Origin: Octopus vulgaris
Taxonomy: Eukaryota
Reading direction: 5' to 3'
NCBI GenBank assembly: GCA_951406725.2
Contig: OX597831.1
Coordinates: 55,800,001-55,864,000 of the forward strand
DNA: 64,000 bases
Shown here: positions 12,740-25,827 of the stretch, piece after piece
Position numbering within the stretch: position 1 is the stretch's first letter
Layout: each line of letters opens with the position of its first letter
Made by a program: the position numbers and the translations under genes
The notes under the pieces: model-generated
Databases searched by the model: none
What the model saw: only the letters and a program-made list of their open reading frames with translations
What the model was told of the DNA's origin: nothing

Positions 12740-13687
12740 CACGGACAGCATTCTTTTTGGAGTGCATTTTCGAAAGTCAAATACGTATTTCTCGAGCACG
12801 CACCATTTCAGAGCCTTTCGGGTTAAACACACATACACTCGCATTTATATAGTAGACTAGTCTACCCTTGACCCGTTGGGTCACCGAGGAGGTCTGAGTT
12901 TCTCAGCAACGGAGATTTCTTTCGTGGGGTTTTTTTCTTTGTCATGTTATTTCGCATGCTTTCAACGAATGTGGCATCGAAATCACGCATAAACGGCTCC
13001 TTTCCTCAGAAAAGGAAAGATATAGCTGCTATTTCTTGCACACCCTGCTACCACATAACAGGTATTTCGGGCCCTTTATCGCAAATAGCTGTTACATGGT
13101 GGTAGGGCGCACTGGAAGTAGCAGCCAAATCTTTGAATGCACTTGAAAGAAACCTATTGAAAAAAACTATTTCACACCGAGGTTACTAACGGGTCTTTTA
13201 CGAAATATTTACCGTACTATTAAAGACATTTTCACTTTAAAATATTTTGCCAATCATAATATGTCTAATGGGAAGGTTTCTTCCCTTTCAAGGTTAAGTT
13301 ATTTTCGGAGTAATTTCCCATTATGCACCGTTTGGGGGTATTTATACACCAAAACTCCGAATATCTCAATAACTACAGGTCCGATTTACGCGAAACTTGT
13401 TTTATTCTGTTCGTATTCACATTTCAGGGACACTTTACTTTCAAAGTATTTTCCCATTATGTGCCAGTTTGGCTGTGTAACATTGCAAGCAAGCAAGATT
13501 GAACTTCACTTTTAATAGTATACAGAGGATTCGCAAATACATACGTACATATATATTTACATACATACATGCATACATACATACACACATACATACATGC
13601 ATACGCACATACATGCACACATACATACACGCACATGTACACATACACACACACACATACACATACATACATACATATATATATACA

Positions 13688-13944
13688 CTTTATTTAAAGC
13701 AGCAGAAAATTCAACAAAATCTGTTACTCTGAGTTTCTCGTTGCCGTTCATCAGACAGTTTTGTTAGAATGGAACCGATATATCGGTTCCATTCTAACAA
13801 AAACTGTCTGATGAACGGCAACGAGAAACTCAGAGTAACAGATTTTGTTGAATTTTCTGCTGCTTTAAATAAAGCATATTACTCTACCACTGGTATTTGA
13901 GTACTCTTTTTTTCCACCTTGTTTCACATTTATGTGTTTACTCC

Positions 13945-13946
<2 letters not shown>
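13688..13946 (+). mobile_element. TA-flanked palindrome (arms 93 bp, centre 13780/13781) with HHR in each arm and a 72 bp 3' tail
   Basis: Arms identical apart from one indel. actgt-CTGATGA-acg-gcaa-cga-GAAACtc-a-gaGTA-acag at 13803-13841. Confidence 0.88.
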
Positions 13947-14004
<58 letters not shown>

Positions 14005-14339
14005 CATACAGAGAGAGAGAGAGAGAGAGAAAGAGAAACAAGCCTAGCTTTAGCGTAGTAACGCTAAAGATAAGACTATGCTCTTCCTTGTTAAATCCAA
14101 GAAGTGAAATGAAGATGGAAAACCGAAACGACGAATTGATATTTTTTCTGTATATATAAAAAATGAAAACAAAAAAAAAAAAAAAAAACATTGACTGCGA
14201 AAAGTACTAAGCTGAAACCGTGAAACTGAGTGCAACTAAGTATTCATATCCTGTCTATCATAGTTCACCAAATAAGAACGTTATTATTGTTATATTATCT
14301 TAGATGCTTAAATAACACAATATAAATTTGTAATTATGG

Positions 14340-14553
14340 TTTCAAATTTTGGCACAAGGCTAGCAGGTTTAGGGGAGATGGGTAGTTTGATTACATCGGC
14401 CCCCATGGCTTTACTGGTATTCATTTAATCGATTCCGGAAAGATAAAAGGCAAAGTCAACCGCTGCAGAATTTGAACTCTGAACGTGATAACGGGCGAAA
14501 TGCCGCTAAGCAATTTGCCCGACGCACTACCGATTCTGCCAGTTCGCTGCCTT
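14340..14553 (-). mobile_element. SINE family B, diverged
   Basis: aaaggcaaagtcaac...gaatttgaactctgaacg...ctgccagttcgctgcct. Confidence 0.8.
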
Positions 14554-14659
14554 ATAAATTTCTAATATTGACATGAGGTGAAACATTTTGGTAGGAGGGT
14601 ATAGCCGATTATATCGACCTCAATACTTGACTGACACTTTATTTTATCGACTCCGCAGG

Positions 14660-15170
14660 GAAGGTCAGATATGAGGGCATGCGTCGTTTCACCGTGTTGC
14701 TGCTTCCACCATTTGTTGGTGTCTGCTCAAGTCGTTCTAAACGACCCTCTGAGTAGTGTCCCAGTCAGTTCCTATCGTCGTGAAATTCTTGCTAATCTGC
14801 TGTGACCATAAGGTATGTGGCCGACCAACGTGAGCTATCATCCCAGCTGGATCTTCAGAGAAGAGAACATGATACGCATAATCTAACTTGGAAACCCGAG
14901 CAACATGACCAAACAGTTTAAGCTGACCCTCCCGAATCATGCAAGGAATAAGACGCATCTCAGGTTTTGAATATAGTCGTTGGTTGGATACGAAATCTGA
15001 CGAATGGTAAGCTATAATCCTGCGAAGCACCCTGGCACCAAAGGAGTTCAAACGGCTCTTAAGGGCTCCGGACAGTGTCCAACTCTCGTAACAGTAGAGC
15101 AGCGCAGGGTGGACCAGAGGCCTGAAGCCTTGAACTTTTGTTCTCCTGCTCAGATATCGGCAGCGTCAAT
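14660..15170 (-). mobile_element. RTE-like LINE, RT C-terminal remnant
   Basis: FGARVLRRIIAYHSSDFVSNQRLY...IREGQLKLFGHVAR, a typical RTE thumb and C-terminal motif. Confidence 0.8.
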
Positions 15171-16419
15171 GTAGGTCAAAGTTGACTGACAGGATTTGAA
15201 CTCAGAATACAAAGAACTGTTACCAAATACCACAAGACTTTTCTCTAGCATTCCAATTGTTTTTCCTTCTTTTCTTTTTTTTTTTGTGTGCCGTTCCTTT
15301 TAAATAGGGATCCACTTTTAGAGGGAAAAGTGTGTATACGTGTGAGAGTAATAAAATGCGTACGTATAGTGTGTTGTCAGAAATATAAGGTGTTGGAAAT
15401 CGATAGACAATGTTGTTGTGACGGCTGTATACTCCAGCACTCCATACTGTCACTTCATCTGCCCTCAGATCAGTGACATACCTAGAGTGCGGGCCCCCAC
15501 AAGCTTATACAGGTTTATAGAGCTGACCCAAAAGTACTGCCTCTATAAAAGCGTTGCCAAAGACGGACCGTTCCATCGCCTTCTAACCGTGCTACTGTCT
15601 CAGAGCATCGCCTTTGGACGAGGATATGGAATCTACTCTACTATATCAATGAATGCATGTTGGCACAGACTGGAAGCCTTAAATTAATTACGATATTTCC
15701 CTTAATCCAATCTGGACTGATGGCATGCAACGTTGACTTTGGTGGGCTTTGAACTCAGGTCTTAAAAGAGCCGGAACAAATAACGTAAGAGTTTTGTCCA
15801 ACGCTCTAACAGTTTTTCCAATGGTTTTTCATTCCAACAGGATATAAGAATAATAACAGGATGTAAATGTTTTATTGTTGTTCTAAAAAAAAAAAAAAAA
15901 AAAGAAGCCGATCTCATCCACGGGTGTAATTTCCCTTGATGGGATTTTCCAAACTTTGCCTCCGTTTATCAAATCTGAAACTGAAATGGAGTGGCGCAAT
16001 AGAAGTGGTAAACCATGTAGCTGGGGAGCAAGCTTCTTACCATTTACCCATTTATGTGTCAAAAAAAAAATCTATACACACATTTATTGGGAGTCTATTT
16101 ACACGCGCATGCACCACCACCCACAAGCAAAAATGCATGCGTACATATATCGTTTGTCCGTCCATATAGATAACTATAACATCGCTATGTTCAGCAGAAA
16201 TTTTATTATAACATCACTACGTTCGGTAGTAGTTGACAAGTCCATATTTTGCCAATACTCTGGCTTCCCCACACTTTCTTTGTTCCCTCTTCTGTTCAGC
16301 ACGTGTGCTCGTGGCACTCTTAGACGCAAGTACATCTCTCCTTAAAATTGCGCTATATAGGCTTTTTAAGAAGCATGGGTTTCACATGACTGGATTAAAG
16401 CTAAAGTCTTTTAGAGAAA

Positions 16420-16800
16420 GCCCAATGGTATCTTTGTAGCGTTTGTTCTGCCGACTGACAAAAGATTTTCACCTTCCTTACAACCCGCCGCATGAAAAAT
16501 ATTTCGTAAGTCGTTCTAACAATGTGACCAGACCAGCACAGCTGGGCACCGTACAGGAGAGTGTGGATACTGGGCGAGCAACATTACGCCATTAAGAGCC
16601 TCAGTATTTGTGACTTCGTCCCGCCAACGAAGGCACAGCATTTTGCGCAGATAGTCCAAGTGGATGCAATTAAACTTCTTGGCACGCCAGCAGTAAACAG
16701 TCTGCATCACACTAGTATGTAGCAAAGTTGGCAAAACAACGGCTCTTTAACTTGATTTCAAGGCTGAGACCTTTCCTCGCCCAGACGTTCTTGCGAAGCC
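16420..16800 (-). mobile_element. RTE (BovB-like) LINE remnant
   Basis: LPTLL...KKFNCIHLDYLRKMLCLRWRDEVTNTEAL, followed by a W.GH-type motif. Confidence 0.75.
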
Positions 16801-17069
16801 TACTGTCATAGCAAACACACACACACACACACACACAGTATGTATGTATGTAACACATAAGTGGTGTTAGCTGCATGCATACAACAATTTCCTAGGATAT
16901 ACAAATGAATGTGTATAACAAATTTTATTGCACTGAAGATCTTCAATTTTATGAAATACAGCTGGAAAGATAGAAAGAGGGTAAATACACGTTATGTATT
17001 TACCCTCTTCAATTAAATCGTCTAAAATTTAAAAATTAAATGCTTTGGGTACGTACCAAGAGTCACGCC

Positions 17070-17071
17070 TC

Positions 17072-17103
<32 letters not shown>

Positions 17104-17153
17104 TTGTCTGTGTTTATATATATATACATATATATATGTGTATTTATATATAT

Positions 17154-17249
<96 letters not shown>

Positions 17250-17260
17250 TGTGTGTGTGT

Positions 17261-17324
<64 letters not shown>

Positions 17325-17376
17325 GTGTGTGTATATATATGTATGTATATATATATATATATATATATGTGTATAT

Positions 17377-17416
<40 letters not shown>

Positions 17417-17446
17417 GTATGTATATATATATATATGTATATATAT
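17070..17446. repeat. Compound (TA)n/(TG)n microsatellite
   Basis: Direct reading. Confidence 0.95.
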
Positions 17447-17552
17447 ATTTAACTGAGTCATCATAAAATTAACTTTCATTTCAATGCAATGTTGAAATCA
17501 AGCTTCAATGTTTTATAACCTGAACCACCAGTGTCCCAACGGGTCACAGGTA

Positions 17553-17610
<58 letters not shown>

Positions 17611-17782
17611 TGGTGGTTCAGGTTATAAAACATTGAAGCTGATTTCAACATTGCATTGAAATGAAAGTTAATTTTATGATGACTCAGTTAAATAATAATA
17701 ATAATATGAAGGAATATTATTCCAAACTTACAGGGAAAAATTCAATTTAGAAATACTAAATCAAATTTCACAAAATATAATA
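17447..17782. mobile_element. TA-flanked inverted repeat (arms about 85 bp) with (TA)n inside the loop and a 3' tail of about 90 bp
   Basis: 17447-17532 is the reverse complement of 17609-17693. Confidence 0.85.
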
Positions 17783-17954
17783 TATATATATATAAATTAG
17801 AAAAAAACCCACCTTTTATCAATTCAGTAATGAAAAATTAAATTATACCATTTAAAAAAATTACATATTATAGAAAGATTAAATATAAGATAAAACATAT
17901 AGCAATGATTAAGTAATGTGCAAAAAGTAAATAAAACGTATATATTTGCTAGAA

Positions 17955-18049
17955 TAACGACACGTGTTTCGTGGCTATATTTAAGAAATGATAATAGTGA
18001 TAATAATAGTAATATCACTTCAATATAAATATAGCCACTCTTCCGGTTA
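17955..18049 (-). ncRNA. Type I hammerhead ribozyme motif with one core substitution
   Basis: Minus strand: taac-CGGAAGA-gtggctatattta...taaatatagccac-GAAAC-acgt-GTC-gtta. Stem II is a perfect 13 bp. It lies in an AT-rich element at about 17790-18160 that ends at (TA)n. Confidence 0.8.
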
Positions 18050-18164
18050 AAGAAAAAAACAATAAAATAATTAATTAGATAAATTAATAAATATACGTAA
18101 ATAATCTTGTAAAATACGAAATATCTTAACAAATATATTCTTGTGTAAATAAAAAAAATACAAG

Positions 18165-18342
18165 GCTGGCCCTTTGAAATACAGGTACCACAGAAACAGG
18201 AAGAACGAGTGAGAGAGTTGTGGTGAAAGAGTACTGCAGGGTTCACCACCTCCCCCTTCCGGAGCTTCGTGGAGATTTAGGTGTTTTCGCTCAATAAACA
18301 CTCACAATGCCCGGTCTGGGAATCGAAACCGCGATCCTACGA
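18165..18342 (-). mobile_element. SINE family C fragment
   Basis: Matches 21891-22276. Confidence 0.85.
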
Positions 18343-18351
18343 CATATATAT

Positions 18352-18383
<32 letters not shown>

Positions 18384-18660
18384 ATTCATGAGATTGCATT
18401 GTTGAAGTTTTGTAGTACACTTATTCCAAGAGCACATACTTATTTGTTTACATATGGAATTCAAACGGAAGTTGACATTTAGAACAAGCGAATCTTGTAA
18501 TATTAAGCATTATAATTTATGCTTAATATACAAATAAACTTTATAGTTAAATTTTTTTTTAATATCCATTTATAATTTCTTCAAAGTAATATGACTTTTT
18601 TAATTACGCAGGGAAAAAAACTGGACACAGTCCCGCACTTCTTCAATCATTATAATTTAG

Positions 18661-18690
18661 ACTAGCTGGACCTGTGAAGAATTCACGGAA
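18661..18690 (-). mobile_element. Helitron-type 3' terminus
   Basis: Minus strand: ccgtgaa-ttc-ttcacagg hairpin followed by CTAG/T. Confidence 0.5.
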
Positions 18691-19193
18691 AACATAAAAA
18701 TGTAAGCACCTGTAAGCAGTGTAGGTGCCATGAGAAATGTTTATATATTATGGCTGTCTGTCTTTATGTTCTGAGTTCAAATTTTGCCGAGATCGACTTT
18801 GCCTTTCGTCCTTTCGGGGTCGATAAATTAAGTATCAGTTGTGTACAGGGGTCGATCTTAATAATCTACCTCTTCCCCACAAAATATTCAGGCCTAGAAA
18901 AGTATATTGTGACAGTTACAGAATATAGAAAGTAATGTAACACCAATGACTATATAATCCGACCAAAATATCTCAGTTACACAAACGTAAACGGAATTAC
19001 TATTTAACCTTAAAATACATCGTACATATTCAAAGAACATTAATGTACAAATTAAAATGCAAAAGAACGAAATAATAAATGGATTTATGAATGAAAGTTT
19101 GGTAATTGTGTTTATTTCCACCATGCGACATTTATTATTGCAAACATGTTTTAACTAACTTAAACTATACACACACACCACACATACAAATGC

Positions 19194-19255
<62 letters not shown>

Positions 19256-20149
19256 CTCGAGTTGTAGCTGTAATTCAAAGGGGCCAGCCTTGTCATATTC
19301 TGCGAACTACGTTAATGTTATGCATGTCTGTGGAGTACTCAGCCATTTGTGAGTTAATTTTATCCTCGGGTGGTAATGAAAAGTGAAATTGACATCCAAT
19401 ATTTGCTGTGTGTATGTATCTATGAATGAACTTTTCTTTGGATTTATGTGTCTACTATCTCTCTCACTTTCTCTCTTTCTCTTTCACTTCTTTGTGTCCC
19501 TCTTCTCTCCCGCTTTTGATTTAACAATGTGTATATGTATCTATGATTCTACTTCTCTTGCGATGTGATAAACATTTAAAAACACAAAACGAACGCCTTC
19601 ACCACTCACTGTCTCTTTCACTCTCTCTCTTTCTCTCTTACTCTCACTTTCTCTCTCACTCTCACTTTCTCTCTCACTATGCCTCTCTCTCTCCTACTTC
19701 ATCTCTGTCCTCCTCTCTCTCTCTTACTTCTTTGAAGTGTGACGCACACAACAGGTCGTACAAAAACAAAAAAGTTAGCGTATTAATATTAATGATGATA
19801 TATAAAAGTCACTCTCTGTAAAGCCGTATATTTATTATATGATGCTAAAATAGTATTTTTAGTAATGTAAAAATATCTGATGTTACCAAATAAATGTAAT
19901 ACAATCAGACGATGAAATTAAAATTTTAGTGCGGGTTTTAATCATTAATTCTTCGTTGGCATTTCCCGGTATTAGGTAGGCTGCGTAAGACAAGAATGAT
20001 CGCACTAATAGTTTTTTTGAATCTTCGTATATTTTCATTAACCTGTATTTTTATATTTATATGTGTGTACAAATATTTGATTTGATGGAACAACATTCAT
20101 GGGATAACGAACGAAATAAAAAAAAAAACTAGTTTGTAAATACAACATT

Positions 20150-20383
20150 ACTCTTTTTACTCTTCTACTTGTTTCAGTCATTTGACTGTGGCCATGCTGA
20201 AGCACCGCCTTTAGTCGAGCAAATCGACCCCAGGAATTATTCTTTGTAAGCCTAGTACTTTTTCTATCGGTCTCTTTTGCCGATCTGCTAAGTTACGGGG
20301 ACGTAAACACACCAGCATCGGTTGTCAAGCGATGTTGGGGGGACAAACACAGACACACAAAAACACAGACACACACACACACG

Positions 20384-20421
<38 letters not shown>

Positions 20422-20593
20422 CATATATGCGACGGACTTCTTTCAGTTTCCGTCTACCAAATCCACTCACAAGGCATTGGTCGGCCCGGGGCTATAGCAG
20501 AAGACACTTGCCCAAGATGCCACGCAGTGGGACTGAATCCGGAACCATGTGGTTCGTAAGCAAGCTACTTACCACACAGCCACTCCTGCGCCT
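20150..20593 (-). mobile_element. SINE family A, full length
   Basis: Consensus match. Confidence 0.92.
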
Positions 20594-20599
20594 ATATGC

Positions 20600-21200
20600 T
20601 AGGTATTGTTATGAAAGTAGTTCATAGTTATTGAAGATGGAAAAAGTAGTAAGAGTTAGTCTATTACATGTCAGTAATACGTACATGAATCGACATTACA
20701 ACACAAAGTCGGTACCGTTTGTCGAACACGGCTCAGCATGATAAGAAAAAGTAAAAGACGATGAAAATGATGTAACTCTGTGTGGATTGTTGGGTGGCTC
20801 TTTAGCCTGAGGTTGAATTGACTGACTTTTAATAACTAGAAGTAAAAATTTCCAGAACCTTCAATCAAACTGTTTTGCAGGAAAACTTGCGCGCTTTGTT
20901 AGACATACCATTCGGGAAATCTCACGGATCGTACTTTGTCTTTAACTGAAAACAGAGCATGGCATCATCGATTATTTGTACAAAGACTCCTTTTCTTCCC
21001 ACGGCGTACGAACATATCCGATCTCACTGACTTCGCAATCTGATTTTAGGTTTCTGTGAACCTTCAAAACATCGTTTCTTTATACAGTGGGCTTTCTGAT
21101 TTCCTTGTTCTATTATTAATCAACGTATTATTTAGAAGGAATTATTAGAAAATGTGATTGTTGAAGGTCATTATAAATTTTTAACATTTTCAATTCAAAT
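20600..21200 (+). mobile_element. Highly decayed mariner transposase remnant
   Basis: Traces of IVTGDEKW-like (atagttattgaagatggaaaa), LCVWW-like and YSPDLAPSDF-like segments in the expected order. Confidence 0.5.
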
Positions 21201-21890
21201 TGCATTTGAACAGCTGGGGAAAATCATAAGCGGACAGGATTTAAGAACCAATTTCCAAATGCTGAAAGCATTTGGAATTAATAAATAGAGTATTAGAACA
21301 GATATTTTTTGTATGTTCCAGCATGGCCACTGTCTGAAACAAGTAAAAGAAAGTAAAAGAACAATTAAAATTAAATACATAATATTGAAGCATTAAACAT
21401 TTTCTTGAATTCTTAAACATTCTCTTACAATATTCTGTAAAATATGATGATTTTCATGCCAAACTCAATTACAATTTTCAAGGTGATTATCTCATCACTT
21501 TTTCAGCAAGTGCAGTGAAGTCTATGCTTTGATGAGGAGGTTTAATAATCTTTTCTACTACAGGGAGGGGACTAGTCAATTACATCGACCCCAGTACACA
21601 ACTGGTACTTAATTTATCGACCCCGGAAGAATGAAAGGCAAAGTCGACCCCGACGGAATTTGAACTGAGAACGTAACGACGGGCGAAACATTGCCAAGCA
21701 TTTCGTCCGGTGTGCTAACGATTCTGTCATTTTGGCGCCCTCAGGGAGGGGGGTTAACAATGCCTAAGCATCTTCTAAAGTTGTCTTCTGTACATACCAT
21801 AATGATTGAAATATTAGTCATTGGCTAATACTGTTTTTTTCCTGACTAATCATTTCAAATTAGTCTTCAGTGTTTACTCCATTATATGGA

Positions 21891-22276
21891 TGGAAGCACT
21901 CCGTCGGTTACGACGATGAGGGTTCCGGTTGATCCGAACCAACGGAACAGCCTGCTCGTGAAATTAACGTGTAAGTGGCTGAGTACTCCACAGACACGTG
22001 CACCCTTAACGTAGTTCTCGGGGATATTCAGCGTGACACAGAGAGTGACAAGGCCGGCCCCTTGAAATACAGGTACAACAGAAACAGGAAGTAAGAGTGA
22101 GAGAAAGATGTGGTGAAAGAGTACAGCAGGGATCACCACCATCCCCTGCCGGAGCATCGTGGAGCTTTTAGGCGTTTTCGCTCAATAAACACTCACAACG
22201 CCCGGTCTGGGAATCGAAACGGCGATCCTACGACCGCGAGTCCGCTGCCCTAACCACTGGGCCATTGCGCCTCCAC
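21891..22276 (-). mobile_element. SINE family C (tRNA-derived head), full length
   Basis: Minus strand head gtggaggcgcaaTGGCCCAGTGGttagggc with A box and B-box-like gtttcgattccc. Near-identical copies at 28202 and 50579. Confidence 0.92.
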
Positions 22277-23010
22277 AAAAAAAAAAAAAAATAAATAAAA
22301 AAGCTTTGAATAGCTATTTAAATAGCTTTGAAAACGTCAAAGAGTAATTTATAACCTATATCTATGACACTTCAGAAATATCTTTCGGATAACCTACTTC
22401 TAAAAATAACCCGCGACATCTGTATTTGTTCTTTCTCACACCCAATCCCGTTTCTTTACTTAGATTCTGTTCATCCCGCTCGATTCACCGGCCATCCCTA
22501 GAGTCCAATCTCTCCTCATTTCCAACAGAAGATTAGAAAACCCACTGCTTATAGTCTATTTGTTACATTTCTCATATACAGTCTACTGTACACGAAAATA
22601 TCTTCGGCTTACCTGTACAAGTGTTCTCCGCCACCACCACCACCACCACGATTTTGTTTCCTCATAACTTTCAGAAAAATGAATATTTTATCGACTCCGG
22701 AGGGAAGGGCAGATATGAGGGCATGCGGCGTTGGTGTCTGCTCAAGTCGTCCTAGGCGACCCTCAGAGTAGTGTCCCAGTCAGTTCCCTTCGTCGTGAAA
22801 TACTTGCTAATTTGCTGTGGTCATAAGTCATGTGGTCGACCAACGTGAGCTGTCATCTCAGCTGGATCTTCAGATAAGAGAACATGGTACGCATGGTGCC
22901 CGATTATATCAGAATTCGAGAAAATTTTTTCAGATAATTCGCCCGAATCGAACTTGTTTCCTTATAACTTTCAGAAAAATGGATATATTTTCATGAAATT
23001 TTCTACAATA

Positions 23011-23174
23011 TAGGCGTAGGAGTGGCTGTGTGGTAAGTAGCCTGCTTACCAGCCACATGGTTCCGGGTTCAGTCCCACAACGTGGCATCTTGGACAAGTG
23101 TCTTCTACTATAGCCTCGGGCCGACCAAAGCCTTGTGAGTGGATTTGGTAGACGGAAACTGAAAGAAGCCCGTC

Positions 23175-23218
<44 letters not shown>

Positions 23219-23442
23219 ATGTGTGTATATGTTTGTGTGTCTGTGTTTGTCCCCCTAACATCGCTTGACAACCGATGCTGGTGTGTTTACGTCCTTGTAA
23301 CTTAACGGTTTGGCAAAAGAGACCGATAGAATAAGTACTAGGCTTCCGAAGAATAAGTCCTGGGGTCGATTTGATCGACTAAAGACGGTGCTCCAGCATG
23401 GCCACTATCAAATGACTGAAACAAGTAAAAGAGTAAAAGAGT
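23011..23442 (+). mobile_element. SINE family A, full length
   Basis: Consensus match. Confidence 0.92.
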
Positions 23443-23599
23443 ATACCTTTGAGATGGCATAGATTACGATTATAGCGGAATTTAAAAATTGGTGATGAGG
23501 TCTTTGTTTTTCTTTGGTGGGGGGCGGGCACGCGCACCAAAAATTGGTGGGTGAGCACATAATTTTTCAAAAATTTCAAATTTCATTTTGTATATATCT

Positions 23600-23958
23600 T
23601 TTATCTTTTAGTCGTTTCACTCATTAGACTGCGATCATGCTGGAACACCGCCTTGAAGAGCTTTTGGTCGAACGAATCGACTCCTCTACTTTCTTTTTTA
23701 AGCCTGGTACTTATTCTGTCGGACGTAAACAAACCAACACCGATTCTTCAAGTGGTGGTAGGACACACACACACACATACACAAACGACAGGTTTCTTTC
23801 AGTTTCCGTCTCCCAAATCCACTCACAAAGATTTGGTCCGCCCTAGGCTAGGTTATAGTAGAAAATACTTGCCCAAGGTGCTATGCAGTGTAACTGAACC
23901 CAGAACCATGTGGTTGGGAGGAAAGCTTCTAGCTTCTTACCACACAGCCACGCCTGTA
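23600..23958 (-). mobile_element. SINE family A, diverged, inverted relative to 23011-23442
   Basis: Reverse-complement match. Confidence 0.8.
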
Positions 23959-24729
23959 TATGTGATGTGTGTGTGTGTGTAATATTTGTCGCCGCTTCAA
24001 CATGGTTGCTCCGTTCGAAAGGACGTTACTGCGAGATTTTAAGACTAGCTTATTTCTTTATATATATGTAACGGTTGTTGTTATGGTAGTTGTAACGATA
24101 TGCATTATGATATCTATTGGAGTTGGCAGTTAGCGATTGTAACGAGTGTTGCTGATGTGCAAGACAGAAGAACAGTGATCAAAGCTGTTGATGTTGACTC
24201 CAATTATTTATTTACCGTTACTTAATATAATACCGTACCACGACGAGTAGGCTAGTGTAATAGTATATAACACAGTTCGTAAAGCATGCAAGGTAAAGAA
24301 ATTTAATTTCGGCCTGTATATGTGTGTACACGATCTCATAGTGGTATATATAGATATGTTGCAGAGAAAAGAATGTGAGTTAGTGAAAGTGAGAGTGGTG
24401 GGACGAAACAATTGCTTCGTCGGTGAGTTACCATAGTTGTCCCTTTGTGCCTTTTCTTTCAGAGATGGCATTTTGTTCGGCCGGTCAGCCTGGTTCGGCT
24501 CTCATAAACTTATTATTTGTCAATGAATGACACACAGAGAGGGGACAATACAAGACAATACAAAAAAACATTTAGGTTTGGGAGTTATGCCTTTAATGGA
24601 AATCGGAATATGAAATCGGAAAAAATGAAATCGAATGGTATAATGAAATCGAAAATCGTATAAAAATTTCTGAGATTATATTTTCGGTTTCGTGTTCGAC
24701 CCGCCGGGTTCTTTTTTTTTTTTTTCATT

Positions 24730-25779
24730 TTTCTTTCCCCTGCCTTTTCTGCTTATTACTTTTCCTTTCTGATTAGACAGGCTATACCAGCACGGCCCCA
24801 TTCGCTCTCAACTTCCTTACAACATTCGTCCATCTTTTCACAAACGTACTTCGAGGAAGGCACCTCTTCTCCAGGCTAATCTTTTTAGATAAACAAAAAG
24901 ACCAACGAATCCACGTCCGGATATGAAGTTGCCTGCCTCAATTCCTCTTCCATGCGTCATCCATACTGTTTCTTTCAATATGGCTACTACGCAGATCTTT
25001 TCTGTTTGATAGACGGAATTTTCTAGTTAGCGAAACAATTTGAAACTTCGTATACTGGTAGAATGTGTCAAAAGAAAACATTATTGTTAAACAAAATTGA
25101 AAACAAAATTGTAATTCATAACTTAAACGTAGTTTAATTTTACGAATTTTAACCAATGAAATCGCAGCATTCGAGCTCAAATTATTTACTGTTTCTAAAA
25201 ACTCACACGCACACGTCTTATTCATCCTTGTCTCTTCTTCTATCTTCTGTCTTCTACATGTGCTAGAAATAACAGCTATATCTCTTAAATCGATAAATTT
25301 CGTCTCCCAATAAAAATCTTAACGATATTTTTTGAATATTTTCTTTATTTTTTTTTTTACCGAAAAGGCTTCTCCCATGGTTTTGAAGGGCCAGAAACAA
25401 CAAAAACAAAACAATAATATGCCTAAATCGGTCTCGAGTTTGCGCGTGGAGTGTGAAGTGGTATTGTAAAAAATTTGCGAAATATTTTTTCATAAAAGGA
25501 TGCCCCCAGCTTGTCGGAAGCTGTGATATAAATTGGGGAAAAAATCCTCGACACCAGTACGTAATTGGTACTTAATTTATCGACCCCGAAACGATGAAAC
25601 ATTGACCCCTTCCTTCTGGTTTATTTACCTTTTGTGCAAATTTGTTGCGGCAAGTGGCAAAACACGAACGTGTAATGTATGCTTGTGTGCGTATGTGTGT
25701 GTATGTATATGTCCGTTTGTATGTGTGTGTACGCTTATATATTAATTACTATGTGCTTGTGCAAATGTATATGCATGTG

Positions 25780-25827
<48 letters not shown>

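Noticed and set aside
22190-22276. tRNA-like sequence, also at 28500-28584, 49315-49390 and 50880-50963
   Set aside because: SINE heads with A/B boxes fused to a SINE body, with no proper acceptor stem.
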